From Camelus ferus (taxonomy: Eukaryota): a DNA stretch of 64,000 nucleotides. The translations under genes were made by a program, and so were the position numbers. Each line of letters starts with the position of its first letter. The stretch's first letter is position 1. The stretch lies in assembly GCF_009834535.1 (NCBI RefSeq), contig NC_045696.1:4404001-4468000 (forward strand). Direction: 5' to 3'. Below the pieces are notes generated by a model, which saw nothing but the letters and a program-made list of their open reading frames with translations, had not been told where the DNA came from and made no database searches. Positions 11,255 through 22,451 of the stretch are shown here, in pieces.

Positions 11255-11813
11255 GGACGCACCACACTGGGCATAGATTCATCAGAAACAAACCGGAAAT
11301 AAGACAAGACTCCTCGCCTTCCTCTGAGACCCCAGCAGCTCGCGGTTCTGGCCGGTGGTTTGGGCACATCTGCGAGACCCTGTCGGCTGACTCATTAGCT
11401 CCTTATCATTCTTTCCCAGGAGACTGTTCACAGGGCTGTTTTCTGCATTGTTTGCTGGCCTGAGGAGCTGCGTCCCTGGGTCTCTAGCTTCTCCTGTCAG
11501 TTGACTGGAGATGTCTGTCTTCCAATCAGCTCTTGATGCAGCTTCCAGGCCCAGCTTGGGGAAGGCGGCTATTCTCCCCAATTTGCTCTTTCTGAAACAC
11601 TCGCAGAGACAATGGTTTTAATCATCTCAAACCAGCCGCTAGGCTTGGTGACTCCATTTGTCTCTCTACCTACCAGTCTCATAGCAATGTCGCACGAAAT
11701 GGGAGGTTTCTCCAGAAAAGCTGGAGCTGATTTATTGACTGACGCCAGTGAAAAGAAAGAGCTTCGTAAAAGCACAGCAGCACCCATGGGCGAGGAGATG
11801 GCGGCGCTGGCCG
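11255..11813 (-). pseudogene. Relic coding segment(s)
   Basis: PWVLLCFYEALSF / LASVNKSAPAFLEKPPISCD / YET, later RCAQTTGQNRELLG / GVLSYF; frameshifts required. Confidence 0.55.
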
Positions 11814-12179
11814 CTGAGAACCGGAGATCTGCCCGCCCGGAGCTGAGACGAGTCTTTCTAGCACTTTGTTTGTTTCTCCAGTTTCGTTCTCAGGCTCCAC
11901 ATGCGTGACGTGAGCCCCGCCTGTGTGTGTCGAGGCTGCTCTCCCCCAGTGTGACCTTGATGGTGACACTGAAGATCAACTCATGTTCTCACTTTGAGCA
12001 GGAAGAGACTGCCTTGGACTCTGGGAGCGATGCGCCTCTTTGCACACGTGGCAGTTGAGCAAACTGAGTCTGAGAATTTCGGTAACTGGCTTCTGGCAGG
12101 GCCAAGTTTGTTCCTGGCGGTGCCGACTCCCCAGCCACGAGGCAGTCCTGTCACACAGCACGTCCCTGGTGGCCTGGGG

Positions 12180-12340
12180 TAAAGCCTGGTCTTTCACTCC
12201 TGGCTGAGTGACTGCTTACCTCTCAGCATCTGTCTCTTTTCCTAGAGAATGTGGACGGAAGGTGTCTCTCCACAGGACTGGTCTAAGCAGTGATGAATTA
12301 AAATGTCACAGCTTACTTAGGAGGGCATCTGACATGTCAG
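12180..12340 (+). mobile_element. MIR fragment
   Basis: cttacctctcagcatctgtctcttttcctagagaatg...gcatctgacatg. Confidence 0.55.
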
Positions 12341-13068
12341 TGCCACACGAGGACTAGAAGTGACTGTTGTCATCTCAAACAGGAAGACAATATATCATAG
12401 GGGGAAAATGAGTTGATAATTTTTTAAGGGTTTGTCAAATACATGTTAATTTTTTTCATTATGTATTTCCCCCCCCCCTTTTTTTTTTTACTGGACTCAG
12501 ATTTCAGTTGTTCACAGTGCCTATTTTTCACAACCCCCCACCCATGTCCCGATTATAAGCAGGTGCATTATAGATTTATGTGAGTTTCTGCAAGTCACCT
12601 CTGCATAAATGGAGGCCCGCTGTTCACATGGTAATTACACTGCATTTTGGCGAGATGGTGCTTTAGAGAGACAACCCTCATTTTCACAGTGAGCACATTT
12701 ATCTTCCACTGGCACAGGAGATGTCTTTGATGAGATCCTCTCTTCTCTCCCGACAGGGACGTCAGGAACAGGCAGCTGTGGTGCGCAGCCTCTCTGACTC
12801 CATCTGTAATGCTCCCCTTACACTGAAGCCCCCGCAGTGGTTTTAGAAGCTGTGAGGCCACTTCCACTAGACCACGGTTCTCGTTTTCCTCACTCCCCTC
12901 CCCACCTCCCAGTCTGTGCTGGGCGTCCACTCTTGGGGTGGACCCAGGAGCTCAGGTTGATAAGGAGAAGCTTTATGTTGTACCTCCTCCGCCTTTTCTT
13001 TGCCCAGACTCTCAGAAACACCCAGCCTTCCAGGCCACCTCCGGTCGTCATGTCAACATGCCTCCGTT

Positions 13069-13614
13069 GTTTTTTTTTTTTCAATTGAAGCATAGTTGAT
13101 TTACAACGTTGTGTTAGTTTCTGGTGTACAGCATAGTGATGCAGTTATACATATATATACTCTTTTTTCATATCCTTTTTCATTATAAGTTATTATGTGA
13201 TATCGAATATAGTTCCTTGTGCTATATAGTAGGTGTTTGTTGTTTATCTGTTTTATATATAGTAGTTTGTACTTGCTAATCTCAGACTCCTAATCTATCC
13301 CTCCCCTCTTTCCCCTTTGGTAACCATAAGTTTGTTTTCTACATCTGAGTCTGTTTGTTTTGTAAATAAGTTCATTTATATCATTTTTTTAGATTCCACA
13401 TTTAAGTGATATCATATGATATTTGTCTTTCTCTGTCTGACTTACTTCACTTAGTATGACAATCTCCAGGTCCATCTATGTTGCTGCAAATGGCATTATT
13501 TCATTCTTTTTTATGACTGAGTAGTATTCCATTGTCTATATATACATTATCTTTATCCAGTTGTCTGTCAATGGACATTTAGGTTGCTTCCATGTCTGGG
13601 CTGTTGTAAATAGT
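13069..13614 (-). mobile_element. Lineage L1 3' end
   Basis: Poly(T) followed by antisense 3'UTR; TSD aacatgcctccgtt (13055-13068) / aacatgactccatt (13615-13628). Confidence 0.92.
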
Positions 13615-13630
13615 AACATGACTCCATTTT

Positions 13631-13971
13631 TATTGGGCTGGATCATGTCCCCTACAAAATTCATACACTGAGATCCTAACCTCTAAGGTTTTTGGAGATA
13701 GGGTCTTAAAAGAAGTAATCAAGTAATCAAGTAAATGAGCATTTAATCTAATATGATTAAAAACATCCTCATAAGAAGAGATTAGGACACAGACATGCAC
13801 AGAGGAAGAAGACAGTCACCTCCAAGGCCAGGAGACAGATGTGAGAGGAAACCAGCCTGCAGGTACCTGGATCTCAGGCTTTCGGCCTCCAGGAACTTGA
13901 GACAGCAGACTTCCACTGTTTGGATGTCCAGTCTGTAGAGCTTAGCCGTAGCAGCCCTAGCCAAGCAGCAC
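13631..13971 (+). mobile_element. MLT1A/B-like MaLR LTR
   Basis: ggagatagggtctt...cctcataagaagaga...gaaaccagcctgc...gcagccctagc. Confidence 0.85.
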
Positions 13972-14049
13972 AGAGCTAAGTGCAAGGTCCCAAAGGTCGG
14001 ATCTGATTCTTGGTCCCCTCGGGTGAGCAGACGGAGGCCGAGCGGTTGG

Positions 14050-14810
14050 CAAGCATCTCTCTGCTCCCATGTGGAATCAGACACCGTACTTTCAGGGAGC
14101 TCAGGAGAGACTCGGGCAGAACATCATCTCAGAATATTTTTATGTTGAGTGCTTCCCCTTCATTCACTCCATATTAAGTAACTGCAGTTACATTTAAACA
14201 GATGATACGTACATTTTAACAAGACATACAGTGTTTTGTTCATAATTAGGCCTTTTTACTCTTTCATTTTTGAGAAAAGTGAGGGTGATATTCAGAGTTC
14301 TAGCCATAAATTATAAAAATCCCCAGTGAATTCAAAAGGACGAGCTCTTTGGCTGGTGCCTTTTTGCCTTATGTCCTGTTTTGAGAATGAATTAAGCAGA
14401 GGAAAGATGTGTACAGAAAATAATTGAAGAAGAAAAGTTTTAACATGCACAGTTTTTTAAGAAACCATGCAGCATCATGTTAATTCGTTTCACCAGAGAA
14501 AGAAAATATCTTTCTGTAAAATATCCCCCGGGTTCTCCTGAAACGCTAGATCCTGTATTTCCATGCCACACATGTGTTCAATCATCACTCCATGGCATTG
14601 CTTCCAGAAAGTTCTATGGCTTTGGACAGGGATGACAGCCACCTCTGGAGCCTCTCATAGTGCCAGCCACAGTCCCTTGTGCACGGTACGGGTCCTCAGC
14701 ACATGTACTCAGCTCTGGTTGGTGCACAAACAGATTCAGGATGGCATTTAGTTGTTTACCACTGTGGATGGACAGCACGAGGAACCTACTGGTCTCAGCC
14801 TTGTTGTACA
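14050..14810 (-). pseudogene. Relic large coding segment
   Basis: One frame from about 14450 to 14230 reads VHVKTFLLQLFSVHIFPLLNSFSKQDIRQKGTSQRARPFEFTGDFYNLWLEL*ISPSLFSKMKE*KGLIMNKTL; ORF 14614-14811 contains GKQLNAILNLFVHQPELSTC. Confidence 0.65.
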
Positions 14811-14879
14811 CAATGAAATGTCATTGAATCTAGTTGCCCTTGGAAACCCAGCTCCATGACTGATGCTTGCCCTTGACTT

Positions 14880-15350
14880 AGCCTCCTGTTAAAGCACACT
14901 CCACAGAGTGATGGTCCCTTGCTTTAAACCCTTCAGAGACTCCTTTGCACAAGGAATAAAATCCAAACCCCTCCCCAGGGCCAAGGAGGTTCTGCAGGAT
15001 CCACCCTGTGGGTCCTGACTTACCTTATTTGTTCTCAGTGCATGTGGCCCCAAAGACCATTATTGTGTTTTTTTTTAAAGTCTGAGCCCTTGCCAGCTTC
15101 AGGCTTGTCCTGTCCACAGAGAGAACACAGCGGTGACCCCTGTCTCCCAACCCCAATCAAGAGTCCTGTTCAGCCGCCTCCCGGGGACCTGTTCTTTTCC
15201 TTTATGGCACCTGACTTGGTTATGAAAACACACACTTCACACTCTAAACTGTACGTTTCACGAGGCAGGGCTTCTATCTGTTTATACATTGTTTTCCTCT
15301 GAACTAACATCCATCCTTTCAGACTCACTAGTTGTTGAAAAAATGAATTA
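14880..15350 (-). mobile_element. L2 fragments
   Basis: aataaaatccaaacccc; aggcagggcttctatctgttt...tagttgttgaaaaatgaat. Confidence 0.6.
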
Positions 15351-15542
15351 GGGAAGCACAGAACTATCACCTACTGTTGTTTTAATGAAAGTGTATCCAG
15401 ATTTCCTGAGCGCTTCTTCTTCGAGAGAAGAATGCTGTCTTGGGACACTCCCTGCTTTGCTAACTGATACTCATTAGCCGCTGGAAATGAATTTTGAAGC
15501 AGTTTGAACTAGAGGACATATTCATCACCAGAGGAGAGGAAA

Positions 15543-15752
15543 TTACTCCTTCGTAGTCTTAAGTGAGGTCTGCTGGGAATGACTGCGTTGTAGACAGGGC
15601 CCTTGACCTTGGACAACTGTGAATTTTCCCTGCGTGCAAATGAGGTCACTTAGATACCCTTTTCCTGGCCCGGATATTAACACTGGATAAGACCACAAAC
15701 AAGTGTAGTAGAAGTCATTGTTTGCGAGCGTTAATCGTTTGCCAAGTGGCAT
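15543..15752 (-). pseudogene. Possible relic coding segment
   Basis: NDFYYTCLWSYPVLISGPGKGYLSDLICTQGKF fits the repeat pattern loosely. Confidence 0.35.
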
Positions 15753-15878
15753 GTCAGTTCGCCCCTACATTCCGGGGAGGAGAGCACTTCCCTGTTTACT
15801 TCCTCTTATTTCATCCTCATCTGGAAGATTTTCAGCCCGGCGGCCCCCTGCCGGCCACGAGCTCCTTCTTTGTTACTT

Positions 15879-16212
15879 CAAGGTCTAGAAACTACGAGCT
15901 GAAGGTCCAGTCTGCTCTGCTGTCCGTTTTGGTGTAAACTGTGAGCTAAGTTTTGTTGTTGTTGTTTTACATTTTTAATTGGTTTAAAAAGAAACATCCA
16001 AGGAAGAATATATCATGACACGTGAAAATTACATGAAGTTCAAGTTTCAGTGTCCGTAACTGAAGTTCCACTGGGCGTGGCCACTCCTGCTTGTTTACCT
16101 GTTGTCTGTGGCTTGTGCCGTGGGGGCAGACTTGAGCAGTGGTGACAGATGTGGTCTGCAAAGCTGTAAATATTTTCTAGGTGGTCCTTCGCAGGAAGTT
16201 TGCCAATACCTT
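15879..16212 (+). mobile_element. MER58B-like hAT MITE
   Basis: gacacgtgaaaattacatgaagttcaagtttcagtgtcc...gcaaagctgtaaatattt...aagtttgccaa. Confidence 0.85.
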
Positions 16213-16957
16213 GCTTCCGTGATGATGCCTTCAAGGTCTGGTCTTGCCTGCCTGTCAGCTGGGCTTCTCTCCCAGCCTTCAGCATCTCCGGGTCAATATA
16301 ACGTCTTCTGGGAAGCCTCCCTGCCCCCAGCTTGTTCCTGGTCCTCATTCCCTCAACCCCCAACCCCCTGCCTCACACTGTGTTCCCTCCACTCCACAAC
16401 ACTTGCTCCAGCTAATACTGCTGGGATGGGAGAGTTCAAATTCAGCCTCCTCTGTAGACCCTCAGCTTTGGGAGAGCGGGTCCATGTCTGTCTTAGTCAC
16501 CATTGTATCAGCAGTATTCAGCACACAGAGAAACATTGATGGAGAACATGACTGAGGCTCTGAATGATTTCTCACGTGGAGAAGAACAACTTCATAGGCA
16601 AGACAAGAGGCCTCGGGAGCTCAGCTGGTCAGAACTTATCCTTTGTATCAGCAACTCTTTGTGGTCACTGGCCATGAGATCACCATGACTGATTAGATCC
16701 ACGGGCAAAATCAACTCTGGATATCTCCCAGGGGTCATTCGTCAGAAGCTATGTTTACACTACTTGGTAGAAATTTTACCAAACCACGAGCAGGCAGCGG
16801 CAAGAACTCAAACAATGAGCTCATATGGACTGGACACTTAGGTACATACATGGGGCTGAGCTCCATGGGCATTCCAAGGCTGTCACTCCCAGGCTCAATT
16901 TACAGATGCAAGTGAAGGCAAAGGAGTTGCATCTTTGTCCAGAATCCAGATTAAAAT

Positions 16958-18186
16958 CTAGATGCATTTGTCCCATCGCTCCATACATGAATAGGCTCGA
17001 GCATAAGTCACCTTCACTAAGTGTTCATTCCCAAAGCTTGCCACCACCTTGGCATTCCCCAGGGACTGTAGGATGATGTCAATGACTTGCAAAAAGTGGG
17101 CTCCAAAGGGCAGCTGGGAGGACATTCCAAACCCAGGAGCTGCTGAAGGCTGCATGGCATCGTTCTTGGAACCAAGGGTGTGTCTACAACACAGCGCTGT
17201 TACACGTACCCATTTAAAATCTGTTTTTCTCAAGATTTCCCTTGGGTAATCCTGAAGGGCAAAGTCATTTTGAACCCAGAGTCCCACAGTATTTACTGTG
17301 CTACTTTGTAATGGAAATAATGTCCGCTTAACGGCTTGGGGCTCTGAATTCAAAACCAGCCTCAGGGGTACGTGTAACAGACTGTTTTTCTAACACCAGG
17401 TAATGTTTTAAACCAAAAATGTTGTATTTGTGGTGAAGACAACTTTTGATCATCAGCCGCTAAAAAACTCCCAACCAATATAGTTTTCTTCACCTTCCTA
17501 GCCAGCCTGACAGGGAACCTGGACATTTTTCGCCTTAAAAAATGTATCCAGGACTCTTAGTTTCTGCTTCAAAATGTAAAGAGCTTGAAAGTCATTACCA
17601 CCATCTTTACAACAAGAAAATTTTTTTGAGCTAAGAATGAACAATTTTGGGGGACTTATCAGGGAACTGAGATTAAAGGGAAAGCCCACACTCCACGCAG
17701 GTGTATTTAGAGAGAGCGCCACTGAGATCTGCTTACCTGGGGCGGAAGTCACAGGAGCCCTGCACTGCCAGCAGCACTCACGTGGTGATGGTGAGGAATT
17801 GCTGGGGTCTGTGTACGGACTAGCGTGCGGGTGAGGAGCTGCCAGGAGCAGCAGCCTGCGGGGCTTACTACAGGAAGGCCATCAGGTTCGCACACTGAAG
17901 GGCAGAGGAACATCCTCTTGGGTCTCTGGCGAAGGGAGAGCAAAGTAACTATTTTGAAATGTGAGCAGGGCTTTGTCCTTGACAAAGGCCTACCCAGCAA
18001 GGGAAAAGTCTTTACCAGAACCTTACCCCAGCCTGGAGGAAAGGACATTTCCCACCTCAGCCTTCTCGTCTCATACATGAGATAAGTAAAGCTAAGAAAC
18101 ACTGTGACGGTCACAGCCCTGGGACGCGGACCCACTGAAATACTTAGGTTGAATGATATAATTTTAGGTGCCTCCTCTCTCCGCAC
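16958..18186 (-). pseudogene. Relic giant-exon segment
   Basis: ORFs 17498-17752 and 16958-17353 share one frame: WSVGFPFNLSSLISPPKLFILSSKKFSC...VPCQ...FFSG..SKVVFTTNTTF...VGLWVQNDF. ORF 17749-18186 is one base off: KVLVKTFPLLGRPLS...FKIVTLLSLRQR. Confidence 0.65.
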
Positions 18187-18289
18187 TTCACCATCCCATG
18201 AACAGGACCCCTGTGTATTAACAGTGGCTTAGAACCGAAAAAAAGTGCAAGACACAGACTCTATTTTTTAAAAAGTTCTTAGGGAAGCA

Positions 18290-18670
18290 CAGAAATAACA
18301 AGAAGGACCTGGAAGACCTTGAAGTCACAGATACACAAGAACATCCTCCCCCCTCAAAAAAAAGGAGAACAAGAAGAAAGGAAAAAATGACGGTGGTGTG
18401 TATCTCACAAAACACACGCAGGAGCTGCACGTGGAGAACCGTAAATCTCCAATGAGAACATCCAAGCCACGTGTCATATTCCGGATTGGGGGGCTTAGCA
18501 AGGTTTCAATGTCAATTCTTTCCAATTTGATGTATAGACTCTTTTAATAGAATGAAGAAAAGGCTTACTCTGGGGGAAAATGTTTGCAAAAAAAAAAAAT
18601 AGATGGCAAATAAGCATATGAGAAGACACTTATCATCATTGGTCACTGGGGAATAGCAAATTAAACCTTA
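18290..18670 (+). mobile_element. Old L1 fragments
   Basis: agatggcaaataagcatatgagaagacacttatcatcattggtcactgggga. Confidence 0.6.
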
Positions 18671-18904
18671 CAGACGTGCATGTGCGTGTATGTGTGTAAA
18701 AACCTGCCTTCTCTATTAAAATGCCCTCTCAGACTACAAAGCCCATTGGGTCAAATGTTTTGCCTTCATAACCTAAGGGACCCCCAGGCCAATATACAAC
18801 CATCCATATACAACCATCCTGCCTTTTGTCGAGTTACAGAAGTAATTCCCCAGCATCCATTCAGTGGCAGGGCGTAGTATCACGGGTGCGCAGTTTTTAT
18901 TCTA

Positions 18905-19045
18905 CTTAATGCGTATGCATCTGTTCCTACCCTCTTCTGAGTCTTAGAAGTTATAGAGGGTGATAATCATAGCATTGCTGTGAATATTTAGTAAGACGGT
19001 AAAATGTGTGCCTGACATGGAGTAGTTTATCAGTAAATCTTAGTT
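18905..19045 (+). mobile_element. MIR fragment
   Basis: tctgagtcttag...gtgcctgacatggagtagtttatcagtaaatcttag. Confidence 0.55.
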
Positions 19046-19099
19046 TCTGTTTTTAAAAATGCCGTATTTGATTGCTGGGCTCATGCTTGAGTTCTCACA

Positions 19100-20200
19100 T
19101 CATTTTTTGTACAGTATTTAACTTTGTGTTACTTTCTACTCAGTACTCTCAGGGTTAGACGTATCCATGGGAAGTGCCTCCGCCTGGAGCCTCTGTCTTC
19201 TTGTCTGTGAAGGCATCTCTCTTGTTCTCTAGATTTGTTACATCATCAGCTAGGTGAGGCTGCCAGGACTACATTTGCCAAAATAATGTAGAGAAAATAC
19301 GACGTGTTACATGATCACATGCTGAACTGAACGCATTCTTTGGAAGCCCAGATCCTTTGTATTAAACAACTGTGATCATAATGTTTCCTTTGAGCTTTAA
19401 AGACAATCCATTTCAGAATTTGGGGGAAAATGATAAAAAAAAAAAAATCCATTATTCCTCCACATTAAAAAAAAAACCTGAAATAAAATCTTTCCTTTAT
19501 CCATTCCAATCTGTGCCATGATCATCTATGCAAAAGAACACCGACAGGCACCAGCAGGACATGCTTTCCTTTAATGCCTGTGTTCCGACAGGCAGCCTCA
19601 GTTCCTTCATCCTGATGAAGAGCAGCAGGCCAAGAAGACAAGCAGAAACCTACCACTGATTGTCTCCTCAAGGAAGGCAGCATTGTAGGATTTTCCCAGT
19701 GTAGTTCATTTCAGAGGAAAATCAGCTTTCTCAAGGATAGCCGGAAAAGCGGACTGTTCTGATATGCACATGCATCTTGTAATATGCTCCACAATTTGGA
19801 ATAATTCCCTTGCCAACACATACTTTTTCCCCCTAAGAATGCCCCTAGGGGACGCACTCCGTGAATATTTAGGACGCGTTGCCTGAAATTGTGGTCTATG
19901 ACCAGCAGGGGAAAACGCTTTTACCTAGAAAGGGGACCCTCGGGACTCTGACAGAGCTGGGATGGAATCAATCACTGAAGTTCTTCCTAAGAAAAGCGAG
20001 GAAAGCTAAGAAGCATCAGGCTACACCTGACCACGCGCCGCTGTCCTCTCACTGGGGCAGACCCTGCGGGCCGGGCTCCACGTGTGTGCTTGGCACAGAC
20101 AGGAGAAGGCTGGGCATTTTTGTACCGACCTTTGGTGACTTTATCCTCAGAATATTCTCGCCTCCAAAAGGGCCATGCAAGGTTCAAAGCGATGTCAGGC
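19100..20200 (-). pseudogene. Relic coding segment(s)
   Basis: SFPRFS*EELQ*LIPSQL; about 120 codons (about 19830-19475) with 2 stops including MLPSLRRQSVVGF and AACRNTGIKGKHVLLVPVGVL; LKGNIMITVV*YKGSGLP. Confidence 0.5.
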
Positions 20201-20449
20201 CTTTAAATCATTCCCTTGTTCAAATTATGAAGAGATAGCTCCTTAGTCATCACGCTGAGTACCCCCTCCGGAGGCGATTCACGTCAACCTCCCTCGCGGA
20301 TCCTGTGCCTTCATGTCTGTCGGCTACACTGCAAAACCCCTTCCTCTGATCGCTCACTCTTGGTGTTTCCCCTGATAAACATCGGTCGCCAGCGCTTGGC
20401 GCGGGGCCGAGTTTTACAGCCCACTTTGCGCACTCTGTCTCATTCCGTC

Positions 20450-20560
20450 CTCATGAGTCATTTCACGGGCGAGGAGATGGAGACTCCCAGAGGGTTAGCT
20501 GCTAGAAAGTGGCCGGCAGGGACTCACACTCACATCCTGTAATTCCAGAACCAGGGGGCC
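20450..20560 (-). mobile_element. MIR fragment
   Basis: catttcacgggcgaggagatggagactcccagaggggttag. Confidence 0.6.
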
Positions 20561-21204
20561 TGGCTTACTTGACACCCTGGCCAGCTTTTCTGCAGAGCTG
20601 CAGGAAGTCGCTTCTGGCCTTCGCCCTGTCAGCCTTCCTGAGGTGGGAACCTTTTCAAGCTTTCCAAGCAAAGCCCTTCTAGTCTAGAGATGCTGCTTCT
20701 GGTCTAATGAGTGTTTCCTCGGGCGCCCCCCCCCCCACCCTAATGCAGCACGCTTTTCCGCCTGTATTATGATCACCTTGACGTTCTAAAGGTTAGAGGG
20801 CAATGAAGACATTTAACGGGAAAGTGTGAAGGCAGTGGTAAAACTTTGTTTCTCTTCATTCTAGTGAATGACTGTATGTGGGGGGGTGGGGTGTGTACAC
20901 ATCACACATCATGTGTGAGGGGTGTGTATGCATGTGTGCTGTGGCGTGTATGTGCTGTGTCTGTGTGTGTTATATGACTTTCCCTCCCCAAGACAAGGTC
21001 AGGAGGCTTCAAGAGAAACTTCACAGCTATTGCGAACCTGGGCAGAGTGGAGTGAGAGGGTCCTAGGAGACTGTATTCTATGTCGCCTTCCTCAAATACA
21101 TATTGTACAGGGTGTCTTTTCATCTTGCCCCAGAACCTGGGGTGATGGCTCAGGTCCACTTTTAATCACAGATGGGAAATTTTTTCTACAAAGTAACAAG
21201 GATA

Positions 21205-21675
21205 CATACAAACTCAATCCATTCAATCAAGGATCATATAAATGAACACACAGTTTTGTCTCTATTAGAGAAATATGTCAAAAGTTCCACTAATCCTTTA
21301 AAAACTTCAAATAGAATATACAAACTCTACTTAATAAAACCTACAAACTAAAGAAGTTAATTTCTGTATTACTACGTTTAGAAGAGTACGAGATTCTGAA
21401 ATGGAGACCTGAAGAAAGAGGAGAAGTAAGATAAATCAGCTTCGATGTTTTCACAAGCTCCCAGAGACCAACATCTAACTAACTTAGCAGTAATAGGCTT
21501 GATTTGGGAAAAATACCATAAGAAAGATTAGGGGAAAAAATCTCAGGAAGACCAGATAAGTTTTATCAAGAGTACTTTAGGACAATGATTTGAGTTCTGG
21601 ATATCTATTCTTACCCAATGTGAACCATACAAGAAAAGCCAAGGTTGCTGCTTTGAAAGGTCATACTTACATCAC
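21205..21675 (-). pseudogene. Two possible relic exons (21615-21675 and about 21210-21408)
   Basis: ttttatttcttccag|61 nt|gtaaga; cttctcctctttcttcag|VSISESRTLLNVVIQKLTSLVCRF / LFEVFKGLVELLTYFSNRDKTVCSFI|gtatgt. Confidence 0.45.
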
Positions 21676-22451
21676 CTGGAAGAAATAAAATTTTGAGTTC
21701 AAGGAAATGTTTAATATTTATATTTTTCTATTCACATAATTAAATTTCCAAATGCCAGAATTCACTTTGCAATTGTAGGAATTAGCTGAATCCCCTCTCC
21801 CCCAACCCCGCGCACACACACAAATCTTACTTAGGGTTTGCTGAGATGCTACAAAAAGTTGAGCTAAGGGCTGAGATTCATTTAAAACTTCTACAAATTC
21901 ATTCCATTCTGGTGGGTATGTGGTGATGTCTCACTGTGTTCTCAATTTTTATTTGTTTGATAAATAATGATATTAGGCATCTAGGTTAATATAATGTCTC
22001 CCCTCACCCCTGATAACTTTTTTCTCCTGAAGAGCAGTCTTTCTTGTCTAAAGTTAATGTAGCTACTCCCAGTTTTCTTTTAATTAATATTAGTGGGATA
22101 TCTTTCTCCATCCCTCTACTTTACATCTGTCAGCATAAAGCTGGATCTTTTTTGTTCCCTATTTTTATAATCTGTCTTTTAATTGATGTATTTAGCTTAT
22201 TGACATTTAAAATTAATATTGATATGGTCAGATTAATATCTACCATGTTTATAACTGTTTTGTAATCATTGCAGTTTTTTGCTTGTTTTTCCTCTTTTTC
22301 TGCCTTTCCTCATTTTGATTATTTTATTTCAAATTTCCCTTTTCTTATTGTATTAATATTATTTCTTTAAAATTATTTTATTGGTTGGTCTATAGTTTAC
22401 AATGTATACTTATTACTAATCTAAGTCTGCTTTTAAATGTCACATGTTATG

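Noticed and set aside
14178..14191. Perfect 14-bp palindrome gtaactgcagttac
   Set aside because: A few such palindromes are expected by chance in 64 kb.
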